Positions 13,533-26,300 of a DNA stretch of 64,000 nt are shown here, piece by piece. The translations under genes and the position numbers were made by a program. The stretch's first letter is position 1; every line of letters starts with the position of its first letter. A model generated the notes under the pieces. That model ran no database searches. It saw only the letters and a list, made by a program, of their open reading frames with translations, and had not been told where the DNA came from. Source of the stretch: Marsupella aquatica (taxonomy: Eukaryota; Plantae; Marchantiophyta); the NCBI GenBank assembly GCA_973895155.1, contig OZ316898.1, forward strand, positions 11,245,187 through 11,309,186, in the 5' to 3' direction.

Positions 13533-13946
13533 TGACATTGGCAAGGGACTCTGTAGCTGAGGTGAACAGTTCTATTGACAGACATGACATGTCTTATGCA
13601 CAAAATTCAATGATAAACACCTGTTTGTCTCTAAATGTCAATGGTTTACAGTCTGAAAATTAACTTACACCTGAGCTTCAGAATATCATGATAGCAAAGT
13701 ATCGAGTGAATGTTTAAGGGAGTCAAGTTGGCCTTGACATTGATGCTACTATTGAAGTGGCTCATGATATTAGTGAACCAGGTGAGGAGCCAGCTCAACC
13801 CTCTTCTCTTGGGGCTGTACGTCGTCTTGCAAAGATGAGACACATGAGACAGATTGTAGGAGATTGAAACGAATGTTAGTTTGTAGCTTATGTGAGAGAA
13901 CATGTGCTATTCATAGTTGATCGAAGTGAATCAAACAGATCTTGTT
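13533..13946. repeat. Dispersed repeat; empty-site paralog of the pogo insertion site
   Basis: Aligns by eye to 47761-48097 joined directly to 54453-54520 (TTGACATTGGCAAGGGACT...TAGTTTGTAG-TTATGTGAGA-AACATGTG-TATTCATAG). Confidence 0.8.
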
Positions 13947-14689
13947 TGCTCAATGTGGTTCAAGAGTACCCCAAACTGCAAATGTGAGGAGCCTGAGTTA
14001 TAATTTTCTGAAGTTTGCTCAATATTTGAGTAGTATATGGAAGGAGGTTATAAGTTTCTAAAGTTTTCTCAATGTTTGAGTAGTAAAATTTGTAAATTGT
14101 AATCAAATATTGTGCGCATTTTTTAATTTCTTCTAAGCAACTTTTAACTATTACTCTTTGTTTTTAACTTTAAATGTGTGTGACACTATTTAACTTGTGA
14201 CCACAATTAGTGTCATACTATATTAGTGTCACACACCCTAATTACCATCACTTATTTCAAATACAACCTCAGAGTAATTAGAGTGTGTGAGACTAAATAG
14301 TTTAAAGAGGGGCTGAAGGCAGCTTGACTTAAGGCCCTCGAGATTTTTCACACAGAAATTACACATGTGTAAATTGCCACCTTCAGTTAGACATGGGCCC
14401 TTCCGGTTTCTAACAGTCAGTTGGAATCTAAAACAGAAGATTGTTTTTCGCTTTTTGTCAAGGCAATAAAAGTCATTTGGTACAGACTCTCTTTCCAATG
14501 CTGGCCATCATTTTCTGTTTTAGTTTTTTGTTGGGGAAGGGGGGTGTGCTTCCTTAGTTTGGAGATAACTTCTCGGTTAAGCTTCTATATGATAATTGTG
14601 CCAAAGAGAGAATAACAGTTGCATTGATGGGTTGATTTTTGTTACAACTCAAGCCATTCATTGGCCCCTTCAATGAAATGACTACAAAC

Positions 14690-15291
14690 TCGGGGGTTTC
14701 ATTTTCACAAAAATGGCACATCACGTGCGACAAAATATAGGGTTGTTTTATTAAATTGGAGGGAGGACTTAAGAATTTTTGTAGAAGAACAATAGGGTCA
14801 TTGAAATCCAATTTTGAGATTTATAAGAACATTAGGGTCTTTCTCATGTCCTTCTCTGCCCCTCCTCGGCTGATTGGGTTTGGTGCGTCCTTCTCCACTA
14901 GTGGTTTTATCGGTCTGTTCCTATCAGTTCTTCTCCAGTTTGGGGTTCCTCCTCTCCCTCGTTGGCTTGCCCCTCCTCTAGGCAGTCAGGATGGGTGTGT
15001 TCCTCCCATTATTTCTCTAGGGGTGCTCCTTCTCTCAGCCCCCTATTAATCCCCTTCTCTCCTTCTCTCCAGGAAGTTGTTTTCTCTTTCGCCAGTTTCT
15101 CATGAATAAAGTTCCCAAGGCCTCCGTCCTTCCCATTAACAAATTAAAAGCACATTAGGGTATTTTTAATCAAAATTTTGGAATATTCCAACTTTATAGG
15201 GGTTAATTTTTTTTAATTCTTACATTTTAGGGGGTCTGAGGCCTAAAAACGTCGCAGGTGATGGGGAGGTCTCCATATAGTGAGACCCCCC
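14690..15291. repeat. Copy 2 of the dispersed repeat, interrupted by a ~310-bp insertion
   Basis: Collinear with 120-410 except for the insert at ~14839-15151, which is flanked by ACATTAGGGT direct repeats. Confidence 0.75.
14839..15151 (+). mobile_element. 5'-truncated retroelement (LINE/SINE-like 3' end) with ~10-bp TSD
   Basis: Pyrimidine-rich segment ending AATAAA...A-rich tail, flanked by ACATTAGGGT at ~14829 and ~15152. It is absent from the paralogous repeat at 250-270. Confidence 0.6.
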
Positions 15292-16079
15292 AGATTACAA
15301 ACATGACTCAGAACTCACAAGGATCAACTGGGGTGTAAATTTGTTGACCGAACTCAACCGAGGAGAGTTAAGTTCAGGCAGGAATGGCCAAGGTCAACCT
15401 GAGGCACTGCCACAAACTTTTTTTTCGATATTTTCTGAGTGATAAGCACAAACTGACTGGACGGGAGAAGGCCAGATTAGCATAAAGAACCCACAAGGGT
15501 ATCACATGCACAGCCTGCCTAATACGACCAAGCAGCCCACCTAAACATCCTGGTCATCCTAATTGATTAGGTAAGTCCACAAGATTTATGTACCATATTT
15601 CAATATGAATGAAAGGATAGGCAAAGGTACACTAATGGCCCGGTTTGACTTTGCCCGTCAAATTGGGGGATTTTTGCCATAAAACCATAAACCCTTAAAC
15701 CCGGTTGCCCATTCTCCCCGAGTCGGAGTCGGTCTGGGTGTGAGGGTCGATTAGGGGTGGCCCAGGCCGGGTTCAGGCCGGATGTTTAGGGAGTTCGGGA
15801 TGGGTTCGGGAGGCTGGGTCCAGGCCGTGTTTGGGCGGGGTCCGGGTGGGGTCCCAGGCGGGTCGGGAGCCGGGTCGGGGACCAGGGGCGTCCGGGGGAA
15901 GAATATACTTCAAACTGGCCATTTTGGGATTATCATTTGACGGTTTTACATGCCCGACAAACAATGAACATGTCCATCAGGGTAAATCTAATGGAGAATA
16001 TTTGATTCATCAAAAACCATATCCGGCACTGTACATGCGTTCAACTTACTGTCGTCTACCTAGTCAGAAGAACTTATGA

Positions 16080-16225
16080 AGTAGATATTACTGAAGGTGA
16101 AGCTTCTTCAAAGGCACTGACCAAGTGAGAGTGAATTAGATATTTCTGAAGGTGAAGCTTCTGCAAGGGAATAGAGCAAGTGAGATTTTAGATATTTATG
16201 AACGTGAAGGTTCTGCAAGGGAAAT
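16080..16225. repeat. Imperfect ~55-bp tandem repeat x 3
   Basis: TAGATATTW-TGAA-GTGAAG-TTCT is repeated at ~16082, ~16137 and ~16189. Confidence 0.7.
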
Positions 16226-18776
16226 GAGTACAGTAAATGACTTCGAGATCGCTTTGTTGCGTACATTTGCGCACTGTGCATAGCTTTCACGAGTAGGGTA
16301 CAGTCCTCCTGTACATAATTGCATGCGGGTTTATGTCAAGGACGGGGACTCTTTCGGTGAGAGAGAGTACGGGACCTCCCAATACAGTACAGTACAGCGA
16401 TCTTCATAAACCAGCATTCCAGACAAAGCTGTTCTAGTGTTCTGTGTCGAGTGGTACAGCCTGATTGATATTTGCAAATTGAAACGAAAGCATGCGATCA
16501 GCCCCTCGTCTCCGAAACATAATCTGATCCATTCAATCGAAACTGTTTTCGAATGCAGTAACTCGATGCTGACGCATTCTATCGAAGCAATTTCAAACCA
16601 CTATCACTGCTACTCTACTACGGCAGCGCAGAAGATCGGATCATACTTGGTGGAAGGAAGCTTTTCCTTGACAGTTAATCAATGAATTTATCGCTGTGGG
16701 CAACAACGTGTCGACTGTCTCCTGCTGCTGACTGGGATATAGCAATCATGATGACCCGAAAATCCAGCGTACCAGTGTTCCGTCAATTTCGACATGAGAG
16801 CCTACTGCAACTCCTGAGGACATGACTCTCACTCTAAGATCACCCATTCACCAAAGGTAAATGCTACATCTCATATATACGGTATCTCTAGGTATGTTGA
16901 CCGTAATGGTGTAGTAGTGCCGTAGTGGGTATCAACCGTGGCAACTTCGAAGCTTGCAAAGTAGCAATGCTAGCGTATACTGATTATTATTCCTTGTCTC
17001 GGTTTGGTGGCCATTCGTTTCTATTGTGGACTATTCTGACAACACGTCAGGCTGCGGCGGAATGAGAAGAGATTTTCGACAAGACAGTACCCTATTACCA
17101 TCATTCTTATTCTGTCACTCGCCACATTCCGCGTGTGGGTCTGCACGAGACACAAAAGCATGATAGCACAGAACCAAGGGAGGACTGGCTGTCTCGTTCG
17201 TTCGTTCGTTCCCATCGCAAGCGACGCGGGCTCCACAGTGACGGAGGGGTCCAATCGGAGTGGTGACGAACTTACATCTCCAGAGGAGACCGAAGTCTCC
17301 GGACCGAATGGAGGTCCCCATCGCCTTTAAGGCTTGAAATCTCCCAGAATTTTGGCTCCGTCTGCGTGGGTCAGTCAATCAGTCAGTCAGTCTTTGTGAG
17401 CTTCGCATGTGACATGCCTGCGAGGGAAACAGCTTGCGACCTACACTAATGAGATTGCGACTGGAGAAAGAAAAGAAACGAAAAGAAAAGAAAACCAGAT
17501 TTCGATTGGATCTTCTTTGCATGGGTACCACATCCGAATCTACAGTACACAGTTCACATAAATCTGAATCTTGTCTGGAGCTGGGAAAATAAGCCTGGGT
17601 AGATCAGAATGTTTACGATACAGCTCGAATAGACCACTTTACACTTTCGCTGGGTTCTGTCTCCTGGACGTCTCTTTTATATATATATTAGACGCGTCTC
17701 TTCTACTTTTGCAGTTTAATATATATAATAGACCACTGCCACCCGATGTAGTGTTTCATGTGTTGGTTGAAGAATTGGAAGCCCCCGTGTACCTTAAGGT
17801 TGGTCTTTGAAACCCTCATGGACCACATTTCCCCCAAAAAATAGAGTGTAATTGTAATAGCATGATATTCACTAATTCAAATTTTAAAAAAGTTTTGGGG
17901 ATATGATAAAGATTAGACAAGTACACTTCCATCAAAGTGATACTGAATTTTTGGTCATTTTGGTGGAGCTGAGGGGTAAGTTCCATTAGATTAATATTTG
18001 TGTTAAAATTAAATATTGGAGTTTGTGATTTTTTTGTGTCTCCTCCTTCTCTAGTTCCCTTCCAGGAGCACAAGTAAAAATTATTTTAAGAACTCATTAG
18101 TACACAGGAGCATGGGACGTACGGGACCGGGTACTTATGAGACTCCTGTCTGACCTTTGAGAAGTCATAAGTACAGGTCCAACATAGTGGTCCATCCTGG
18201 CTTCAGTTTTATTGGTTGAAACTGAAATAGTACTTTATATTTAGTCTTCTAATTAAATGGTCACACTTTTGAGTCTCAAAAGCTGCTAGATCTTATGCAT
18301 GCTTTGTAACTTGCATGTCAAACTAGCCATTAAGTACATTATTATGTCCCAAAGCCCAATGCTTAGGGGTGATGTTTTTTGGCTATAAAGAAAAAGCCCC
18401 ATGGTTAGGGGTGATGGCTTTTGGCTATAAAGAAATGACAGAATTTTTCTTGAGTCGCAGGCCTGGTAGTGTAAAATTGTAATTTCAATAGCCTTTACAA
18501 TGACTTATGGTCAAGGCATATGATCATTCATGGAATATGAATTTGGGAGACAGTAGATTATTCTGTCACTAGCCTTAACATGGTAGCTACGGTACAACAC
18601 TTTTTAGGTTCGAGACCCCTGCTATTAGCACTACCAATGGTTATGGGTTGAATTTATTACATTGTGGTGAATAACGGTCACCACTAGCTTGCATGTCCAT
18701 TGAGGAGAACCTTACTGTCTAATCTTAAAGGCTTTTGGTCACAAAACAGTCTCTCCAGCATCCTCTGGACTTGATG

Positions 18777-18973
18777 GTCTCCAAAGATATTAAGGACTTG
18801 ACCAGGCCCTTAGACAATCAGCCATTAGAAATTCAAAATATTGTCTCCAAAGATATTAAGGACTTGACCAGGCCCTTAGACAATCAGCCATTAGAAATTC
18901 AAAATATTGTCTCCAAAGATATTAAGGACTTGACCAGGCCCTTAGACAATCAGCCATTAGAAATTCAAAATAT
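18777..18973. repeat. Perfect tandem repeat, 66 bp x 3
   Basis: Unit GTCTCCAAAGATATTAAGGACTTGACCAGGCCCTTAGACAATCAGCCATTAGAAATTCAAAATATT starts at 18777, 18843 and 18909. Confidence 0.95.
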
Positions 18974-21900
18974 GCAGTGAGTCTGCAGCAATTGTAGTCT
19001 GGTCCGCCTCTGCTAAAACAGCACCACTACTTTTCTTCAAATTTTTTTAAAAATACGTGTTTATTAGAGAAGCCACCGCAACAAGACCAGCAAGGCAGGC
19101 AACAAACCACACAGAGGGCACATATAGCCCAATCGGCGACTAAACGCCAAAAAGCATCCCAACAGTACACTAGGTCACCTCCTAAAGACTGGCCAAGCCA
19201 AGGGGGGAGAAAACAAAAAACCAATAACACAACAGGCAAACAAGACACCTCCCACCAGCAAAGGGGAGAATGGCACCACTACTTGACTTGGGGTGCCACA
19301 AAGCCTACAAAAGGTCAACTTCTGTAAAACCCCAATATTTTGTTGGATAACAAACCTTTTTTTAAATAGCTGAAAAATATTTGGTGTGATCTGTTAAGTT
19401 CAGGCTACCTACCGGAAAAAGTTGTGACTTTTTGGACATGCCAATTCAGGGTATGCCAATTTCTAAGTCAGTGATAATATTAATTTCCCGGGGCAGAGAT
19501 ACATCTAGATGAATAGAATAAGTCACCCGGAACTTTAAGAGAGAATCTGCCTCACCAGCTCAATTTATGGTCGCTCCTGTGCTCCACTTTTCCTAAGTGG
19601 CAGTCACATTGGGCATCTCACCCGGCTCATTTATATATGGAAAGCTCTGATACACAAAACATTTAAGGGCCGCTATGTTATCCATCGACCTTGGGGCTTG
19701 GGGGGATTGCGGCCCACAATACAAATGGAATATGGCTCTAAGCTTATGCTAAGGGTCAGTGTTTTTACATACAAGTGGTTAAAAGCTTTTAGCACTCAAT
19801 TTGTGGGAACCAAAGCGTACATAGATTGCAACTATTGACAAGATGCTCGAAAGGACTGCCATTCCTAATAAATGCTTTATAGTAGGTTTGTGCAAACGAG
19901 AGTGGCATTAAGTTTGTGAAGCCCAAGAAATTCTTCTACTAGATCTTATCATAGAATCCAAAGATCCAACATTAACTAATAACAAGAGAAATTAATGCCT
20001 TGATGATAAAAAATTCTTGAATGTGACTCTACTACTTTTCAAAAAGGGGTCTAGTGCCAAAGTGAAACAGGGGCCTATTGCCAAACTAGCCAGGCTTCTA
20101 GGATTTATATTAAAAAAAATTTAAAAACTTGTTGCATACGTATCTAACCTTCAAATCTCACTAAAGACTTTTTAATGTTATTAATTTGGAGAAATGGAGC
20201 TATAAGCTCGGATGGGATCCACACCCAAAACTTTCACCGATTCCTAAGCTTGTACGTGATCTATGGAAACGTGCATTATCACCAAATTGACCTGGATGAA
20301 GAAAGGAGCCTAACCCAACTTCATTTGTAATTCAACTTTTTCAAAAGTGGAAACCCAAACTGTCTGAGAATTTTACAGGTGTAATCTTTTGTGACGCAAG
20401 GTCTAAGGCCTTTATATGGTAGCCCCCCCCCCCCCCTCTTTTTTTTTTGCCCTCATGTTTTGGTCGGACTAGAAACGGCACAAGGCCAAGACTCACCCCG
20501 GGCCCACATTTGTTCCCTTGGGAAAAGGGTATGTATTTATTTATCTAGATATAACAATGTAAATTTATTTAACAACCAAGCATTCATGTCTTGATGGTAG
20601 CTCATGCGGTTTGTAATACTCGATATTGTCATGCCATATGACTTGCAGTTTGATTTCAACAACAAATATCAACGACTTGCACTACAACTATGCTAAGGTT
20701 CCCAAAGTCTAAAACAACCTTTCCAAGTCAAGATATATATATATATAATACACATAAACAAAAATATTATGGAAAATAGAAGCCAAATTAATATCTCGAG
20801 TAGACAGGCGCTTTGAAGCCAGATCTGGAAGTTCTTCACAATCTCTTGAAATTTGTATTATTGAGGAATGGGCTGCTTCAAATCATCTATGACAAAAGAC
20901 AAGTGGCCTGTCAGACCAATTGACAATGATTGAGGATAGCGTCTCTTTGGTATGTTACAATCAGATTATATGAAGGAATTTAGGTAGAGCTATGAGGACA
21001 ATTTCAAGTTACTCCTGGACTAGGCAATTACAGACTTGAAATCAGAGGTGGAGTGGATGCAAGGACATGTCAGACCAGCTACTGAAGTGGTGGGAGACTG
21101 GGGTTACCAGCCAGGACAATATGTAGAAGCAATAGTTCTGAGGACACAACGCTTGCTTTGTTTATACTTACCATTTGATATTGTTTGATCAAATTTGGTA
21201 TGTTCTCTGTCCAGTTTACCTTTGTTCCATAGGCTATAATTGTTGACACATTGTTGACAGGAACAAGGGTATGCCCAAGAATCAACCTGGTAAGGTTGGG
21301 CAGAGATGATAGTTAATTGGTTGCAACCCAGTTTGGAGTCTTGAAATGCAAAAGTGGTGTAGGACGTTCCTTTCTCTCAGCCTATCTAGGGTGTGACATG
21401 AGTGGATTGTCGCCTTTACAAGATGAACCTGCTATCCAGGGAGCTATTCAGAAGGTGTATGAATTGGTGTTAGTTATTGGCTCAAGTTCCCATCTTTAGT
21501 TAGTTGGGTCTTAGTAGGGTTAGTTAACCCTTGATTGCATTAGGATGAGAAATGCTTGCATTAGACCTGCACATGTCAGCCCCAGGTGGGGGTATAGGTT
21601 GGAGGGAGAACATTTTCTCCTTTATTCTTCACATGTACTCTCATATGTTATGGATCCTTAGGAGTTTCTCCACTTGTGGTGTCTTGTCGGTGTAGAATCC
21701 AATCAAGTGTCTCTCATATTCCGCGTCTGCTGTCAAGTCTGATCGAGCCGACAATTGCTTACAATTGGCCTAGTTATCAAGGATGGAAGTGCCTGTGAAG
21801 TAACCGGCAAGCAGAAGCTAGAGCTCATTTAGTGTCATGTGTGGATACTGGATACTCTAAACCCTCCAGCATAAGATCATTTAGTGTCATGGATGTCTCT

Positions 21901-22429
21901 GTTGTCATGTTGTCAGTCTTAATCCCTTACAGCAACTGTGTGTTATCACCCAGTTCATTTTGTAAGACTCAAGTCTTCATTATTTATACACAAATGATTA
22001 CCAATGACTGCTCATTCTCCTCCTGCTATTGTGAAACACATCCAACAAATTTAGTTATGATCTTCCAAGTCAATATGTATTTCTGTATTAAACATTAACT
22101 CCAACATATGTTATCTGTCCATCTTTGTGACTAATAGGTCCTTCATTAGAACTTTTGAAGTCATTAGTGATGACTATTGTATCAATTCTTTGAGTTTGTT
22201 ACAATAGGTTAAGTTATTGTCTATGATTGACTTAGAAGTCATTGTAATGACAACTTTGGTTAACTTGCAAAGCTGATAACTTGGTGTAGTAAGAATGACT
22301 ACCAGCAGATGGAGTTATATTGTGGTATAACCACACTGCAACTCCAGATCTTGGGTAGGACTGTGGTCATACCCAGTCTCTAGTATGATGATTTCTTCTT
22401 CTATGTGTGAAGTTCATCATCCAATTTGG

Positions 22430-22610
22430 AGGTATTTGCTTGATCAACCCCCAAAATTAAATTTGTTACTTGATCAACCTCCTGAGGTCTATCAACGGTC
22501 CAGATCTGATATTGAAAGGTCCATCAATGGTCCAGATTGGGGAAAAATATAGAGGGGGTTGATTAAGCAAACTTTTTCCAGAAGGGGGTCTACTAAGCAT
22601 ATCTCTCTCC
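22430..22610. mobile_element. Small inverted-repeat (MITE-like) element
   Basis: TTGCTTGATCAACCCC (~22436) and GGGGTTGATTAAGCAA (~22555) are inverted repeats, and ATCAA-GGTCCAGAT is duplicated internally. Confidence 0.5.
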
Positions 22611-23357
22611 AATTCGTAGACATAACTAAGCCTTTCTGGTCGCAAACATTTTTGACTCCAATTGGAACAACTTAACTATATATAACCAAAAAATAGTCTT
22701 CTCATTTATCTCACTGTCCCATCTGGGCAATTCAATGCTTGTAACAATTCTGCCTACTTGCTTCATCCAGTCTGAGAGAGCATGAAGCCATGAACCCTTC
22801 TTGACACACACACAAATCTCAGCCCTCATCTCAGCCAACTCATCAGGTTTTTCTTTCAGCTTTCTGAAACAGCTAAAAGTCTTTACTCAGGTTCTATCAC
22901 AGTTTTTAGTAATTTGAGAACTAAGGTGGAACCACATTTGTTTTTAAGAGCATGGAAAGCACTGAAAGAGTCTCTTTCCCCAGTGGCAAGACCCCCAGGT
23001 TCTATGAGCCTGACACTTGGTTTGTAAATTGCTTGCTTTCTAGGTGTTAAAAGCATAGGTTGGATCCAACGTTATGTGAAGATTACAAGCCCCTTACAAG
23101 CACTAGAAAAAATGCAATATAGTAAAGCCAACTAAATAGGTTACTTTGACTACGATTAGTTTCCCTCCACAAGATAGTAATGATCTCACTTCTTTAGTAC
23201 TAATTCCTGAGATATCAATGCCTAACTACAAAAATGGTAAACGCAGCACAGGATTTCTTTCCTTGACTTTGTTGCACATGATCAGTGAACCACCCGAGAA
23301 AAGACCTCTTTGGACAAATAAGAAGTTTAAGGAAATGTATTCCTGCAAGAAGTAGAT

Positions 23358-26300
23358 CTAAACGTGGACAGAAAAGCTACAAGTAGCTAGGTCACCAGGT
23401 ACATTAGGCTGAGATTTCAGAATGGGGTTTCTATCAAAGAAATTATTAGGCTTTAGCTCAAAACTACCCACCACTGAGGGCATGACAGGAAAGTCTTCTT
23501 GGCAGGGCACGTGATGAAAACCTAGAGTGTACCACAAGACTATATCCTCATTGAGAATCCCTCGATTCCTGTACAACAAGCAGTTAGAGCAATAGTCAGT
23601 TTCAGGTAGAAAAGTTGCAATGGCTCCATCCAACCATGTAATGACTTTTCAATCTATTGAGATCAAAACAAAATCATCGCTATGAATACTCTCAACCATT
23701 CCAAAGATCTTAGTTATAAAATTTTCTTTCCATAAAAAGGCCTTAAAGATGTGATCTTCACCTTATAATGAGGTTGGAAGGGTTGATATATTAATTTGAC
23801 AATAATCACATATCAAGACACAACACACTGACAATTGCAGTAGAGAAACTGCATTACTTGAACCAAATGCGCACCTGTTTGACCAAGTGGATAAAGTATC
23901 ATCCCCCTCACTTTGCCATGTGAAGAGACCACCAGCCCACTTCTCACTTTGATTGTACTGAGTAATCCAAATCTGAATACGGGCCCCAAGGTTAGTATCT
24001 TTGTCTATATAAAGAAATATCAATTCAATTCAATACTAGCTTTAACTAAAATTTCACACTTGTTTATTGACAATTCAAAAAGTGATATCCAAAAAGTAAA
24101 GAGTAGTGATTCTCCTTTTGAAGTGAGTGTTTACGGTCGGGACAGAAAACTACATGAATCTGACTAGCAACGACAGGAATTCTTTTAATTAGTTCAAAGC
24201 GTTTACAAAGAGATTGTAATGAATGGCCTCGATCAATAACCGAAAAAAACACCGACCTGGTTGTTTGTGAAAGCACCACGAATTTGAGGAGGGTCATCTA
24301 ACGAAAGTAAACTGGCAGCATTGCCTGCAGGGACCAGCTTGTAGCCCAGAGGATTGCCCAGTCTGCTTTTTCCTTTCGAATTGATGATAACAAACTCCGA
24401 AGGGGAGTACAAGCTCAGTTGTATCCTGGCGTCAGCTTCAGTCTCTGCGACATTGGTCTCGACATCCCAGTAGCTCTTTCTCAAGGACGAATTATCCTGC
24501 ACAACACAGGGAGCTGGGTTACCATGGCCACCTGGCATGAATTTAAGACCACAGTAGTAGAAGGGGATATAAGTTGAAAACGACGACAGACCAACTGTCA
24601 AGTCTCATCTGAAAATTGGGATACTTCAGTATTAGCTACAAGAATTTCCGGAGCTAGTCTCTTGAATGGGAACAGTCAACATGAATGCTGGGCGGTAGTT
24701 GAGAGGATGATTATCCAGAAAAGACCTGCTAACAGTGAAGTGCCACAGATAACTGCTGACCTTATTGTGGCTTTGCAAACAAAAATACTGACCAAGTTTC
24801 AAACCTTACCTGCACATCCCTTCGCTTCATTCTTCTATTCACGAAACTGTTCTGTGTTCCGTCCACATCGAGATCCAGGTAGTAGCACAAAAAGTGGTCA
24901 TGAATTACGCCAACTGTGTTCTCGGATATAAGCGTTCCATGCAAGCTGTCCTCAGGGGCATCCCCATTGTCATCTTCTACTCGCTCGGAGGTGCTGCCTT
25001 TGACCATTACGATCCCAGACTACGCAACCTGTCAATTAAAGGATATACTCGTAGTCAAATGTTAGATTTGATTACAGCCTGGCTTCTTCTACGTCCGGGG
25101 AAAAGACTACAAGAAAACAGACGTCCTACTAATAGCATACCCAATGAATAAATGAACGCAAGAAACAAATTTAAAAAATGCACGTCCATGCTACGTGAGG
25201 AGTTGCACTGCCTGAGTCAATGGAGCAGATGAATGAAATACAGTAAGGATACTACAGTAAGTAGCGGGCATCATGAAGCTGAAAGAACCTACTGTGTTGA
25301 TCGTGATCAAAATTGGACACCTAATCAGTTGTCGAATCCCCTTATAAATTACCACGGACTTATATGTACCTATCACTGTTTCAAATTGAAGTAAAATATT
25401 ATGTGTTTGGGCTAATTCAATACGACGTGGAATTCAACGTGTATCTAAGCGAGCCAAGGGTTCAAATTGCCGCAGATGGTAGCATGATCATATACCTGTC
25501 TAGAATTTGTAGCTTTAAGCTGCAGCGCCTGTACCCAGACTGAGGAGAGAAGAAGACTTGAATTAATGAAGAATAGGCTTTGAAGAAAAACTAGAGTTAA
25601 AAGGCCACTCAAACCCGCTCTGTGTTACCGGCACAAATCAAAGCCTCGATTTCTCCCAAGCATAGTTTTTCGAAGACTCAGAAACAGAGGTCACTCACAA
25701 TAGCCCATTGGCGGCTCGGGCTCACCACCCTCAGGGATTTCACCGCATGAGCTCAAAGAGCCTAAACACCCTATGACCTCCTCCAGCCCATGGGTTACCC
25801 CACACAATCACAAACCACCACTACTTGCCAAGCTTTTGTTTACTTCGAATCTCATGGCGGCATCCACTTCATGTCAGTCTCTCTCATGCCAAAAGCACTA
25901 GAAAGTCTAGTTAACTTGCTCAACCTTCCAATCTGGAGGACCACGCACAAGGTTCGAGCTAGTAATCCACCTTAATTTTGTACCTGAATGCGGATTACGC
26001 CATCGGTTTGAAGCTCCCAGTCCATCGTATAGTCATAATTTCCAATCGATGCCACCATCCGAACAACTAATGTTACTTTGGGTCGCATCTCGCGCACCTG
26101 AATTTTTAAGTCAAATTATCAGTTTGAAGAGTTTTGATCCCTTTCTTGTCATTGAATGTTGTTTCCATTTGATGCTTGCAATGGAAGATAAAAGAAGCGC
26201 AGCTGCTATGAACTACTTGATAAATCTATCCTACTGGTCATAAAAATAATCGTGGAACAGTATTTGGAACGCTCCAATTTCCTGGGTCCATCGTACTTCA

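Noticed and set aside
15635-15955. GC-rich patch with short inverted motifs as a MITE
   Set aside because: The inverted motifs are not in nested order and no TSD was found, so it is left unclassified.
16355-16376. GAGAGAGAGTAC resembling miR529/156
   Set aside because: Only a partial match, and no complementary star arm is visible nearby.
18777-18973. CRISPR-like array
   Set aside because: The units are contiguous and identical with no spacers, and the context is eukaryotic.
20800-22400. Possible decayed retroelement coding region
   Set aside because: CpG-depleted and stop-rich, but no gag, RT or integrase motif could be identified.
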